Source: Mobula hypostoma (taxonomy: Eukaryota). From it: 64,000 nucleotides of DNA. The position numbers and the translations under genes are program-made. The notes under the pieces are model-generated. The model saw only the letters and a list, made by a program, of their open reading frames with translations, did not search any database and had not been told where the DNA came from. This document shows, in pieces, positions 26,744-38,402 of the stretch. The stretch is taken from positions 59,336,001 through 59,400,000 of the forward strand of contig NC_086108.1 of assembly GCF_963921235.1 (NCBI RefSeq). Direction: 5' to 3'. The number at the start of each line of letters is the position of its first letter. Position 1 is the first letter of the stretch.

Positions 26744-27904
26744 ATAGAAGGACCTACTAAAGTTGTGACTGTTCTCCTGCAGAATGATGTGGAGCAAGTG
26801 ACAGAAATATCTGTTAACAAGCAGTGACCACAATTCTGAGTTTTTTTCAAAGGTTTCAAAGGTACATTTAATGTCAAAGAAATGTATACAATATACATCC
26901 TGAAATGCTTTTTCTTCGCAACCATCCACGAAAAACAGAGGAGTAATTGTTTGAGAATGATAGTCAGTACAAAGACTGAGAGGCGCTGAACTGGGACGCA
27001 GCAAATATTGAGCCATTAGGCAGAATCTTGCAGTAGTTGATTGGGTGAGATTGATTGCAGGGAAAGGAGTATCTGCCAAGAGGGAGGCCTTTAAAACTGT
27101 GATGTCAAGAGGGCCTACATGTTTCTGCTGGGTTGAAGGGAAATATTGGCAGGTTGATGAAAGAAACTGAGGTTCTGGTTAAGTGAGAGAGGCATACACT
27201 GCACATAAGCAATTGGAAACGTGTGAATTTGTTGATGACGGTAAGAAGTATCAGAGTGAAATTATTAGGGAAATTTAGAAGGGCAAAAAGAGGATATGAT
27301 AGGGATCTGAAAGGCAATGTGAAACAAAATCACAGGGGATTCTATGGGTATTTTAGTAGTAAAAGTGTGGCTGGGAAGATAATGTTCCCTAAATAGGTGT
27401 GATTTTTGACAAATATTTCTTTTCTGTTTTTATTGTGGAGTACACTATGGAAGTTAAAGAAATGGGGAAAACCAGTGGTATTGTCATGGACCACATATAA
27501 ATTAGCAGGGAGATGGTAAGTATTGGAGGCCTTATAATGCATTAAGGTGGATAAATCCCCAGGGACCAATCTGTTGAATTCTCAGACCTTGTGGGAAGCT
27601 AGAGGAGAAATTGTAGGGGCTCTTGCAGAGATTTTTGCTTCATTTTTTTTACCACAGGTGTGGTTGTGTGGGACTGAACAGTAGTTAACGTGGTACCATT
27701 ATTTAAAAAGGGTAGCAAATCTAAGGAACTACAGACCAGTGAGTTTGACTTTAGTGGTAGGTAAATTGCTGGAGGGGATCCTGAAGAGAGGCTCTACCAA
27801 TATTTGGAGAGATCGGGTCTGTTTCGGCATAGTCAGCATATCAGCATAGCATTGTGGCTTGGAAGTTGTGTCTGATAAATGTCTTGCAGTTATTTTCTAA
27901 ATTT

Positions 27905-28132
27905 TATTGAGTGAGTAGGCCCTTCAAGCCACATTGCCCTAGCAACCCACATCACCAATTAACCTACCCAATTTAATCTTGGGCTGTGGGAGGAAACCAG
28001 AGCGCCTGGGCAAAAGTCACGCAGTTCATGGAGAGGGCGTACGGAGACAACTTACAGAATGGCACCAGAATTGAACTTCAAACTCTAGAAGTTGTAAGAA
28101 CATCGCACTATCCACTATGCTACCATGGCACC
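27905..28132 (-). mobile_element. tRNA-derived SINE nested in the CR1
   Basis: The minus strand begins GGTGCCATGGTAGCATAGTGGATAG (A-box-like) and has GTTCAATTCTGG (B-box-like). Body resembles the SINE at 46253. Confidence 0.7.
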
Positions 28133-29287
28133 AGATGGAGGGGCATAAGTAAAAGGGCAGATGAGTATAGATGAGGGTTGTTTCTATATGGACTTCAGCA
28201 AGGCCTTTGACAAGGTCTCTCAGGGCAGGTTAGCTTGCAGGTTAGATCACGTGGCAACTAGGCTGAGAAAGTGGATTGGATTCATAATTTGGTTGGTGGG
28301 AGGAGGCAGAGAGGGATGGCATTGGATTGTTTCACATACTGTTGAATGGTGTGCCAGAGTGGTTGGTGCTGGCATCTCAGTTTTTAACTTATATAAATGT
28401 ACAAGGCATTGATAGTAAGTTTGCAGATGTTACTAAAATGGGTGGTGCTGTAGATAATATAGAAGATTATAAAAAATTACAGGGGATCTTGTAAGCTGAG
28501 AATTGGCAACTGGCTTTCAATCCAGATACTGTAAATGTAAGGTATTACATTTTGGGAGGTCAAACGAGGGTAGGACTTGTACAATAAATGATAAGACTCT
28601 GGGGAATGTTATGGAAGTGCACATGCATACGCTGACGCAGCATCACAAGTTGGAAAGAGTAGTGCAGAAAGTGTTTGGCATGCTGGCCTTCATCACTCAG
28701 GGCATTGAGTATCGGAGTTGAAAAGTTATGTTGCCATTATATAAAACATTGTTGAGGCCACATTTGTGAATTGTGTACAGTTTTGGTCAACCTATAATAG
28801 GAAAGATCATTTTAAACTAGAAAGATTTACCAGAATGTTACCTGAACTTGGGAGCTTGAGTTACAGAGGGAAGTCTATAGACTAGGATTTATTACCTGGA
28901 ATACAGGAGACTGAGGGTTGTCTTCATAAAGGTATGAGATCTTGAGAGGCATAGATGGTGAGAGCACAGTCTTTTTTTTCCCTGGGGCATGATAAAAACA
29001 AGAGGGCATAGTTTAAAATCAGGGTAAAGATATTTTGAAGTGATACCAGGAGCAGCTTCTTTATGCAAACGATAGTGCATATATTTGGAACGGGCTGCCA
29101 GAGATTATGGTTGAAGGGGGGCACATTTGCAATATGTAAAAGCCGTTTAGACAAGTACATGGATGGGAGGGTGTCAGAGGGCCATGGGCTGAATGCCGGC
29201 TGATGGGACTAGCTCACTGCGCAGCATGGAAGAGTAGGGCTGAAGGGCCTGGTTTCATGCTGCATGGTTTTGCAAATTATCTGATTA

Positions 29288-29358
29288 GATTCTGCAGATG
29301 CTGGACATCCAGAACAACACACGCAAAATGCTGGAGAAACTCAGCAGGTCAGGCAGGT
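29288..29358 (-). mobile_element. Penelope terminal fragment
   Basis: ATTCTGCAGATGCTGG...AACACACGCAAAATGCTGG...CAGCAGGTCAGGCAG matches 36909-36976 and ~42690-42757. Confidence 0.75.
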
Positions 29359-29469
29359 TTAAAATATAGCACTACTTCTTTCAGTTACCTAAAAGAAAAA
29401 TATTGCAGGTCCAGAGAAAGATTTGGGAATGACTCTAACTCCAGTGCTATTGTAGATGGCAAGTGCAGT

Positions 29470-30175
29470 TCATAGAGTCATAGAGCAATATAGCACAATT
29501 ATAAGCCCTTTGGTCCAACGAGTCCATGACAACCACAGTGTCCACCCAACTAATCGCAATTTCTTGCATTTAGCCCCACCCTCCATGTACCTGTAACTCA
29601 GGCCCTCTAATTCTGACAACATCCTCATTAAACTTTTCTGCACTCTTTTCCAGTTTTACCACATCTGTCCTATAACACGGAAACCAAAATTGTACACGGT
29701 GTTCCAAGTCAAAATCTGAAAGTTTCTTTCTGCACTTTAATCATTCTGATTGTAGGCATTACACCTACCAAATGGCAACTGGATCGATGGAATTATAGAA
29801 TGATGCAGCACTGGAGAAGAATATTTGTTGCTTTGTCCCTGTGACAGCTCTTTGGTCATACTATCCAATTAACCCCATTCAACTACTCTTTCTCTACACT
29901 CTGGTGAATCTTTGGCCTTCAGATACTTATCAAATTCCCTTTTGAATGCTTCCATTGAATCTGCTTCCATTAAGATTTCAGGCAGTGTATTCCTTAGCAA
30001 AGTATACACTATAATATAAAGCTTGCTCTTGTCGCTTCCTGTTGCTTTGCCAATTAGTTTAGATCTGTGCCTCTGGTTCTTGACCCTTCTGTTAGCTTCT
30101 CCTTATAACTCTAACAAAACCATTCATAATTCTGAACAGCTCCATCATATCTCCTTTTCACCTTCTCCATTTCAG
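29470..30175 (-). mobile_element. Two old CR1 3' fragments
   Basis: Reverse tails (CATAGAGTCATAGAG; ATAGAATGATGCAGCAC) and reverse CR1 C-terminal motifs (CCAAAATTGTACACGGTGTTCCAAGT, i.e. LEHRVQFW). Confidence 0.7.
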
Positions 30176-31021
30176 CATGTTTAGTTGATTTTTAGGCAGT
30201 TGGGACATCGTTTGGAGGGAGATCAAAAGCAGGCATGTCCTTCTCTAGTACTGAATTATTTCCCAAAGTAGTTCAAGGTTAAAATTCAGAAAGTTATCAG
30301 TAATTAATACTTCAGCAAAAAGTGGAAAATCTTTATACTGTACATATTGCTGCTTGTTCTTTGCCTCATGCAGTTCTGCATCAGTTTTTGAACATTAGTT
30401 ATTCAATGTGTAATTTAAACATTTACACCTGACAAAGTGAGAGGCATCTACATGTTTGAGATGTAGCAGGACCTCCTACAGGCCTGATTACTTTGAAAAA
30501 TGTAATGTACATACAAATGGTCTGAGCTGCATTATATCCAATATATATAAAAGCATATATTTATCCTTGAATGCAGAACAGATATTAGGAGCCCAGACTT
30601 ACATGGTGGACATCGTGCCAAACTCGAGCAAGAATAACTTTGTTCACAGCACAACATTTGTGCATCTGTAACAACCAGCAGCCCCAAAACAAATATTTGT
30701 ATCTTTTTCAGGGTTTCTGATTTTGATAAATGACTTTATATCTCTTTCAGCTTCATTTATAAGGGGCCCTCCTGGTACAGATATTCAGGCTGTTTCCAAG
30801 ATCAAATCTTCCCTGCTGCTTTTTGATTTAGGCTTGTGGCTGATTGATAACTAGTACACCGTGTCTTTAATCAGCCAGGAATGCCATTCTGCCAATGGCT
30901 CCATCACTTTTACATCCAGTGCGTCAATCCCCAAGACTAAACCATTTAAAAACAAATAGCCCAGTATGATCTTGCTCAAAGCCTATTAACAGTCCCTTTC
31001 ATCACAGTCCCAACAATGCTT

Positions 31022-31945
31022 TCAAAGTTCAAAGTAAATTTATTATCAAAGTATGCATAAGTAATCCAACACTATCTTGTGATTCATTTTCCTTCATGCA
31101 TTCCCGAGAAAACAAATACAATAGAATCAATGAAAAACCACATACAAAGATTGTCAAATAGTTAATGTGCAAAAGAAGACAAACTGTACAAATGAGAAAA
31201 ATAAAGAAAATAAATAATACTGAAAACTTGAAGGTGAGTATGTAGATTATGGAATCAGTTCAGAGTTGAGCAGAGTGAAATTATCCATGCTGGTTCAGGA
31301 GCCTGATGGATGAAGGGTAATAACTGTTCTTGAATCTGGTGGTATGGCACCTAAGACTCCTGTACCTGCTTCCCAATGGTAGCAACAAGAGGAGAACATG
31401 GCCTGGATTTTGGAGGTCTTTGATAATGGATGCTGCTTTCATGTGGCAGAGCTCCTTGTAGATGTGATCAGTGGTATGGAGGAGTCTGCTTGTGATGTAC
31501 TGGCTGTGTCAACCAGTTTTTGTGGGCTTTTCTGTTATTGTGCATTGGTATTTCCATACCAGGCTATGGTGCAACTAGTCAGGGTACTCTCCACAGAGCA
31601 TTGACAGAAGTTTGTTAAAGTTTTAAATGACATGCTGAATCTTTGTACACTTCTAAGAAAGTAGAGTCGTTGCTGTACCTTCTTTGTGGACTTATGTTCT
31701 GGATCCAGGACAGGTCCTGTGATATGATAGCACCAAGGAAGTTAAAGTTACTAACCCTCTCCACCTCCTGTCCCCTTCCTCCTATAGTCAATGATCAGCT
31801 CTTTGGTTTTACTGACGTTGCTAGAGACTGTTGTTGTGGCACCATCCAGCCAAATTTTCAATCTTGCTCTTATATACCAATTTGTCATCACCTTTAATTT
31901 GGCCAACAGCAGTGGTGTAATCAGCAATTTTAAATGAAGAACCAC
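31022..31945 (-). mobile_element. Rex1/Babar 3' fragment
   Basis: Minus ORF NVSKTKELIIDYRRK; reverse tail TTCAAAGTTCAAAGTAAATTTATTATCAAAGTA. Confidence 0.85.
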
Positions 31946-31981
31946 TAATTTTTGCAGGTTACTTATAATGGTGCTATTGGC

Positions 31982-32181
31982 TGTTATGTTACTTCTGTTT
32001 AAACGTATTGTGGGTTAACAGTAAAGAATCATATTCTGGAAGAATTAGAGAACTTTTATTTACAGTAATAAACAAACACGTCTTAACCCAGCCACGTGCT
32101 GGAACATTCTGGCAATCCCACGCATGCTCAGTGCTCTGTCCAATCATGTACTGGCACATCATTGCACGTGATATCACCACG
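31982..32181 (-). repeat. Gypsy 3' LTR
   Basis: Direct repeat of 36597-36796 with 12 substitutions in 200 bp by hand alignment. Confidence 0.95.
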
Positions 32182-32194
32182 TCTTCCTTTCCTT
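32182..32194 (-). other. Polypurine tract
   Basis: The minus strand reads AAGGAAAGGAAGA immediately upstream of the 3' LTR. Confidence 0.85.
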
Positions 32195-32493
32195 GAAAAG
32201 AAAAACAATTAACAACGTTAATCAAAGCAAATACATAATTCAACAAGTCTCTATCAGTCTCTCTGTGGGCTTACAAACACAAGTAGATCTTCTAAGTGGT
32301 ACACACAGATCTTGTGTTTCCTTGTTGTTATTTACATGTTTTTTCTCGTCTGCATCAGTTAACTGAATCTCTGAACTTGACTCTTTCTTGAGGTCTTTAC
32401 GATTTCTTCTTACCACTGCTCCCTCCTCTGTTTGGACCATGTATGATCTGGGTTATACTTCTTCAAGTACTGTAGCTTTCTGTGTCTATATTC

Positions 32494-35400
32494 TTACTTC
32501 ATCTCCCTGATGCAGTTCAGGTAATGGATGAGAACGTCTATCAAAGTATATTTTCTGCTTTGCTTTGTGTTCATCTTTCCACCTTCCTCTGTTCTCAGAA
32601 GGCTCTCATCCATTGACAGATTAGATCTGAAACGTCGTCCCATCAAGAGCTGAGCAGGCGAAAATCCACATTCAAGTGGAATACTTCGGTAGGCAAACAA
32701 GGCTTTATAAAAATCACTTCCACTATCTTTTGCTTTGTGCATCAGTTTCTTGACAATTCCTACTGATTTCTTAACTAATCCATTAGACTGAGGGAAAACT
32801 GGACTAGATGTCGTATGATCAAAGTCCCATTCACGAGCAAAATGTTTCATGCATTCACTACTGAATTGTGGACCATTGTCTGTGAAAACTTCATCAGGTA
32901 CACCACGTCTTGAAAAAACCGATTTCATGCACGTAATTACATTTTCTGCAGTTGTTCTGCCCAGACAACACACTTCAGGATACAATGAGTAGTAATCTGT
33001 TATTAATAGATAGTCTTTGTTTTTAGTTATAAAAAGCTCAACGCCTACCTTCTGATAAGGTCTCTGAGGATTTGGGTGTGGATGCAGCGGCTCCTTAGGT
33101 TTGCTAGGTTGGTATTTAAGGCATATTTGTCAAGAAGACACCAATCCTGCAATCTCTCAATTCATCCTGGGCCAAAACATCACGTCCCGTGCCTTTCTCT
33201 TACGTTTTTCAATGCCTAGTTGGCCTTCATGAATTTTATCAAGCATTTCATTATGGAGACTTCTAGGTATAACAATTCTACTACCTTTGTACAATATCCC
33301 ATCCACAACAGACAGTTCTGATCTGTGATTCCAATAATCTTGTACTACTGAGGTACAGTCATGCCTATTATCTGGCCATCCATCCAACACTACCTGTATC
33401 AACTGATAGAGAATTTTGTCCTTCTCTGTCTCCAGACGCAGCAGTTCCAACTTTTTGGGAGCAACAGGTACAGATTCTATGACCTGACTACCTGAATATC
33501 AATAGTGTTCCTGTGACTGTCTTTTGTTGTTGGATCCACAGCTCTGGAAAGTGTGTCAGACGTGTACATGAATTTTCCAGGTGGGTATGACACATTCAAC
33601 GCATATCTTTGCAATTTGATCATCATGTGCTGAGTTCGCAAAGGACAGTCGCCTAAAGATTTGTTAAACAATGCAATCAACGGCTTATGATCGATTTCAA
33701 CATCAATACATTGCCCTGACACAAACTGATGAAATCTCTCACAAGCAAACATAATGCTGAGCAATTCTGTTTCAATGTGGGCATACTGTACCTCGTTTCT
33801 GGATCAGATAATGAACGAGATGCATATGCCAGTGGTAGCCATTCCTGTTCATGTTTCTGGAGTAACACTGCCCCTAAGCCTGTTTGAGATGCATCAAATG
33901 AGATTTTGATGGGTCTCTCAGCATCATAAAATTTCAACACAGGTTCTTTTGTGAGTACTTCCTTGAGATTTTGCCACGCCTTCTCCTGTTCATGTTTCCA
34001 GCTCCATTCATTTCTCTATTCTGTTAGCTGCCTCAACGGAGCAAGCTGTTCCGAGAGATTGGGTATAAATTTTCCCATATAGTTAACCATTCCCAAGAAC
34101 CTCTGAACATCCTTTTTACATTGCAGTCTTGGCATATTCTCAATAGCAGAAACTTTCAGTGGATCAGGACACACACCCTCTTTGCTGATGATATCACCCA
34201 CAAATATAAGTTCAGTCACTCCTAGCTGACATTTGTCTTTATTCAATTTCAGGTTAGCCTTGCATGTTGCCTCAAAGACTTGTCTAAGCCTGGCGTCATG
34301 CTCTTGTTTAGTAGATCCCCAAATGATAATATCATCCATGGATGTATCTATAATAATATCATCCATGGATGTATCATTGAGGATGCCCTCAATGTGATCA
34401 TGTAACATGTGAATGGTTTCATGGTACACTTCAGGAGCTGATACAATTCCAAAAGGAAGCCTGGGAAAACAGTATCTGGCAAAACGAGGGTCAAAGGTAC
34501 ACAATTTTGAACTCGGTTCATCTAATTTGAGTTGCCAGAATCTGGAGGAAGCATCTAATTTAGTAAAATACATTGCATTAGCAAACTGTGACATAACTTC
34601 TTCACGAGTAGGCAATTTGAAATGCTCTCTTTTAATGGCCCAATTCAGGTCTCTTGGATCTAAACAAATCCTCAGTTTCCCATTTTTCTTATCAACAATG
34701 ACAAGCGAATTGACCCACTCAGTTGGTCTATCAATTTTTTTTAATGACTCCTAGCCTTTCCATTCTGTCTAGCTCTGTTTTCAGTTGATGACGTAATGCA
34801 AAAGGCATTTTTCTGCATGGATGTACTACGGGTTGCACTGTATTGTCAATTTTAATCGAGTGCTCTCCTGGAAGACAATCAAGCCCTTTAAGCAAGTCTA
34901 CATACTCTTTCATCAGGTCACTATATTCTGACTTTGTGTTGCTATCCAGGACTAAAATTCTTTTCACCAAATTAAGTCTTTCACAGGCAGATAAACCCAG
35001 AATTGACTGTACATTTTTTGGCACGACCACAAATAAAAGTGTGTGCACAATATTTTTGTGTGATACCTTTGACACACATGTTCCTTTAACTGGAATGTCT
35101 ATACCTGAATACCCAGTCACTTTTATATTTGTCTGATGTACCTTTGGTCTTGGCTTTAAAGCATTCTTTTTCAATCTTTTTATTAGTTTCAACAACAAAC
35201 ACATTACAAAAAGTACATAATAAATCGGATTATGTTAATTGATAATTACTAAAGTTTACAGTCATGTAGCACATAGTTAGAAACATCCCAAAATCATACA
35301 GATTAACAACAAAGTATAAAAAGAGTATACATAAAATATAAAATATTGTAAAAAAAAAGAAAAAGAGAAAAAAATCCCCTAAAAAAAATCTACCCAAACT

Positions 35401-35716
35401 AAAGAAAACTACGGAAAAAAAGAAAAGAAAGGGCTATTATGATATCTCAGATAGAATCAATAGTGTCGCCACTTCTGCTCCTCTCCCTATATACTGAAAT
35501 CACAAGATAGATTGGCAAGGGACAAGGCTTTAAAGCATTAAACTCAGATTCTGCAAGAAAATTTACTTGCGCTCCAGTATCAAATTTAAACAGAATATTG
35601 TTTTGATTCACTTGCAATGGAATAGTCCAGTCATTCTTTCTATGTTTATTTTCACAAAGCACATCTATATAAAATTCCTCATGTTCATCTTCAAGCACAG
35701 CATTTACTTGTATCAT
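32494..35716 (-). pseudogene. Gypsy pol remnants (PR-RT-RNase H-IN), frameshifted
   Basis: Consecutive ORF-track fragments 35447-35716, 34731-35204, 34016-34615, 33677-33940, 33477-33764, 33157-33450 and 32494-32985. Confidence 0.92.
35166..35525 (-). mobile_element. 360-bp L1/Tx1-type 3' fragment inserted in the Gypsy protease region
   Basis: 14-bp TSD GGCTTTAAAGCATT at 35152-65 and 35526-39. The minus strand ends AATAAAAAGATTGAAAAAAG. Removing the insert rejoins SEFNALKP to RPKVHQ. Confidence 0.85.
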
Positions 35717-36492
35717 TTTACTTTCCTTCTTTCTACTTTTACAACAGCGTGAAAAATGATTAATCTTACCGCAATCTTATCGTAAATGTTGCCATGTGCG
35801 GGACACTGATCTGTACAACGTTCCCGTGCACAGCGATCACATGACTTTTTTCTTTCCAATGCCATCTTGCTCTCTGTCGGTTTCGTCGACGTATTATTAT
35901 ACTTCTTGATGTATTCGCGCTTTTTTTTTACAGCGTTTACATTGCAGTTTTCGACAAAAAGCTCTTCAGCCTGCAACGTCACATTCTCAGAAGCTTTGCA
36001 AAGCCCCAAAGCTTTTTCGAAATTTAAATCTTGCTCTCTCAACAGCCTTTCTCTCAGAGCATTATCTCGAATGCCACAATCAAGTCTAGCTTTAATGAGA
36101 GCGTCCGTGAGCAATCCAAACTCGCGTGTTCTACTACTACACATTCTTAACTCAGTAACACACTGATCAATTGTTTCAGTGGCTCTCTGTGCACATGTGA
36201 AGAATTTATATCGCTTATCCTTTAAATTACACTTAGGTATACAAAATACTTCAAATCTGTCCATTATCGACTTTAAATTGAAATTATCTCCATCTTCAAA
36301 GACAAAATTATTATATACCTCTACTGCGTCATTCCCGATTACATGGAGCAAAAGCGCAGCTTTGGTTTTTTCCGATTTTCCTTCATAATTGATCGTCGAT
36401 AAGTACAGTTCAAACTGTTGCTTGAATATCCTCCAATTCTCAGCTCCATTGTCAGTCAGCTGAAGTTTTGCTGGGGGTTGTAAACCTTCCAT
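35713..36492 (-). pseudogene. Gypsy gag remnant
   Basis: 259-aa ORF: MEGLQPP...NWRIFKQQFELY...LLLHVIG...LRERLLRE, with a degenerate CCHC knuckle (CDRC...CPA). Confidence 0.9.
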
Positions 36493-36581
36493 TTTACCGC
36501 TTATAGTTCGAACTTTTATCTTCTTCTGTCTTTTTTCCGATTATCTGCGATTCTCAATTCTCCTGTATTATTCTTCCAGAA

Positions 36582-36596
36582 CCACTTCTGACACCA
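36582..36596 (-). other. Primer binding site, tRNA-Leu(CAA)-type
   Basis: The minus strand reads TGGTGTCAGAAGTGG directly after the 5' LTR. It is complementary to the 3' end ...CCACTTCTGACACCA that I recall for vertebrate tRNA-Leu(CAA). Confidence 0.8.
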
Positions 36597-36796
36597 TGTT
36601 ATGTTACTTCTATTTAAACGTACCGTGGGTTAACAATAAAGAATTATATTCTGGAAAAATTAGAGAACTTTTATTTACAGTAATAAACAAACATCTCTTA
36701 ACCCAGCCACGTGCTGGAACATTCTGGCAATCCCACACATGCTCAGTGCTCTGTCCAATCATGTACTGGCACAACATTGCACGTGATAACACCACA
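36597..36796 (-). repeat. Gypsy 5' LTR
   Basis: TG...CA termini, adjacent PBS, flanked by the TSD TTGGC. Confidence 0.95.
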
Positions 36797-36995
36797 TTGG
36801 CTCCTCTAAATCAAGTATTTGTTGCATCCCCAAAATTAATCATCCTACTACTGAAAATTGCATTCAACTGCTGAGAACCAAGTTCTGCTACTCCTCAAAA
36901 CAGCAGGAATTCTGCAGATGCTGGAAATTCAAGCAACACACATAAAAGTTGCTGGTGAACGCAGCAGGCCAGGCAGCATCTCTAGGAAGAGGTGC

Positions 36996-37031
36996 AGTCG
37001 ACGTTTCAGGCCGAGACCCTTCGTCAGGACT
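36996..37031 (-). ncRNA. Minimal type I hammerhead ribozyme motif, intact core
   Basis: Minus strand AGTC-CTGACGA-AGG(GTCTCGG)CCT-GAAA-CGTC-GACT: stem I AGUC/GACU, CUGANGA core, stem II, GAAA, palindromic ACGU, GUC cleavage triplet. Confidence 0.8.
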
Positions 37032-37743
37032 AACTGAAGGAAGAGTGAGTAAGGGATTTGAAAGTTGGAGGGGGAGGGGGAGATCCAAAATGATAGGAGA
37101 AGACAGGAGGGGGAGGGATAGAGCCGAGAGCTGGACAGGTGATAGGCAAAAGGGATACGAGAGGATGATGGGACAGGAGGTCAGGGAAGAAAGACAAGGG
37201 GGGGGAATCCAGTGGATGGGCAAGGGGTATATTCAGAGGAACAGAGGGAGAAAAAGGAGAGTGAGAGAAAGAATGTGTGTATAAAAATAAGTAACGGATG
37301 GGGTACGAGGGGGAGGTGGGGCATTAGCGGAAGTTAGAGAAGTCGATGTTCATGCCATCAGGTTGGAGGCTACCCAGACGGAATATAAGGTGTTGTTCCT
37401 CCAACCTGAGTGTGGCTTCATCTTTACAGTAGAGGAGGCTGTGGATAGACATGTCAGAATGGGAATGGGATGTGGAATTAAAACGTGTGGTCACTGGGAG
37501 ATCCTGCTTTCTCTGGCGGACAGAGCGTAGGTGTTCAGCAAAGCGGTCTCCCAGTCTGCGTCGGGTCTCGCCAATATATAAAAGGCCACATCGGGAGCAC
37601 CGGACGCAGTATATCACTTACACTTCCTCCCTTACCACCATTCAGGGCCTTACACTTCCTCCCTTACCACCATTCAGGGGTGCTACACATGCCCTTACAC
37701 TTCCTCCCTTTCCACCATTCAGGGCCCCAAACAGTCCTTCCAG

Positions 37744-38070
37744 GTGAGGCAACACTTCACCTGTGAGTCGGCTGGGGTGATATACTGCGTCCGGTGCTCC
37801 CGATGTGGCCTTTTATATATTGGTGAGACCCAACGCAGACTGGGAGACCGCTTTGCTGAACACCTACGCTCTGTCCGCCAGAGAAAGCAGGATCTCCCAG
37901 TGGCCACACATTTTAGTTCCACATCCCATTCCCATTCTGACATGTCTGTCCACGACCTCCTCTACTGTAAAGATGAAGCCACACTCAGGTTGGAGGAACA
38001 ACACCTTATATTCCGTCTGGGTAGCCTCCAATCTGATGGCATGAACATCGACTTCTCTAACTTCCGCTAA
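37744..38070 (+). pseudogene. Penelope GIY-YIG endonuclease domain (open, lacking RT)
   Basis: 108-aa ORF with VIY...YIGET, CxxC and conserved His residues. Mirror copy at 37324-37617 on the minus strand. Confidence 0.88.
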
Positions 38071-38366
38071 TGCCCCACCTCCCCCTCGTACCCCATCTGT
38101 TACTTATTTTTATACACACATTCTTTCTCTCACTCTCCTTTTTCTCCCTCTGTCCCTCTGAATATACCCCTTGCCCATCCTCTGGGTTCTCCCCCCCCCC
38201 TTGTCTTTCTTCCTGGACCTCCTGTCCCATGATCCTCTCGTATCCCTTTTGCCCATCACCTGTCCAGCTCTTGGCTCCATCCCTCCCCCTCCTGTCTTCT
38301 CCTATCATTTTGGATCTCCCCCTCCCCCTCCAACTTTCAAATCCCTTACTCCCTCTTCCTTCAGTT

Positions 38367-38402
38367 AGTCCTGACGAAGGGACTCGGCCTGAAATGTTGA
38401 CT
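38367..38402 (+). ncRNA. Minimal hammerhead motif, mutated copy
   Basis: AGTC-CTGACGA-AGGGACTCGGCCT-GAAA-TGTT-GACT. Two CpG-type changes turn CGTC into TGTT. Confidence 0.65.

Larger units (their letters stand above)
24543..29275 (+). mobile_element. Old near-full-length CR1 broken by nested insertions
   Basis: In order: ORF1-like piece (GTGCAGAGTCCCCCTGTGGCTGTTCCCCTC, similar to ~58600), endonuclease-like GDFN region (~25260), DKSPG (~27550), NYRP (~27727), MDFSKAFDKV (~28188), KCKVLHFGRSN, and the 3' UTR at ~29240. Confidence 0.8.
31982..36796 (-). mobile_element. Full-length decayed Gypsy (Ty3/Gypsy) LTR retrotransposon
   Basis: Two 200-bp LTRs; TSD TTGGC at 31977-81 and 36797-801; PBS and PPT present. 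Domain order on the minus strand is gag, PR (FDTGAQVN), RT (KLDASSRFWQ, SMDD), RNase H (DASQTGLGAVL, DHKPL), IN (TDNGPQF, SNGLV). Confidence 0.97.

Noticed and set aside
30740..30790. Possible micro-exon (TCTCTTTCAG...GTACAG)
   Set aside because: Weak donor site and no neighbouring exons; unsupported.
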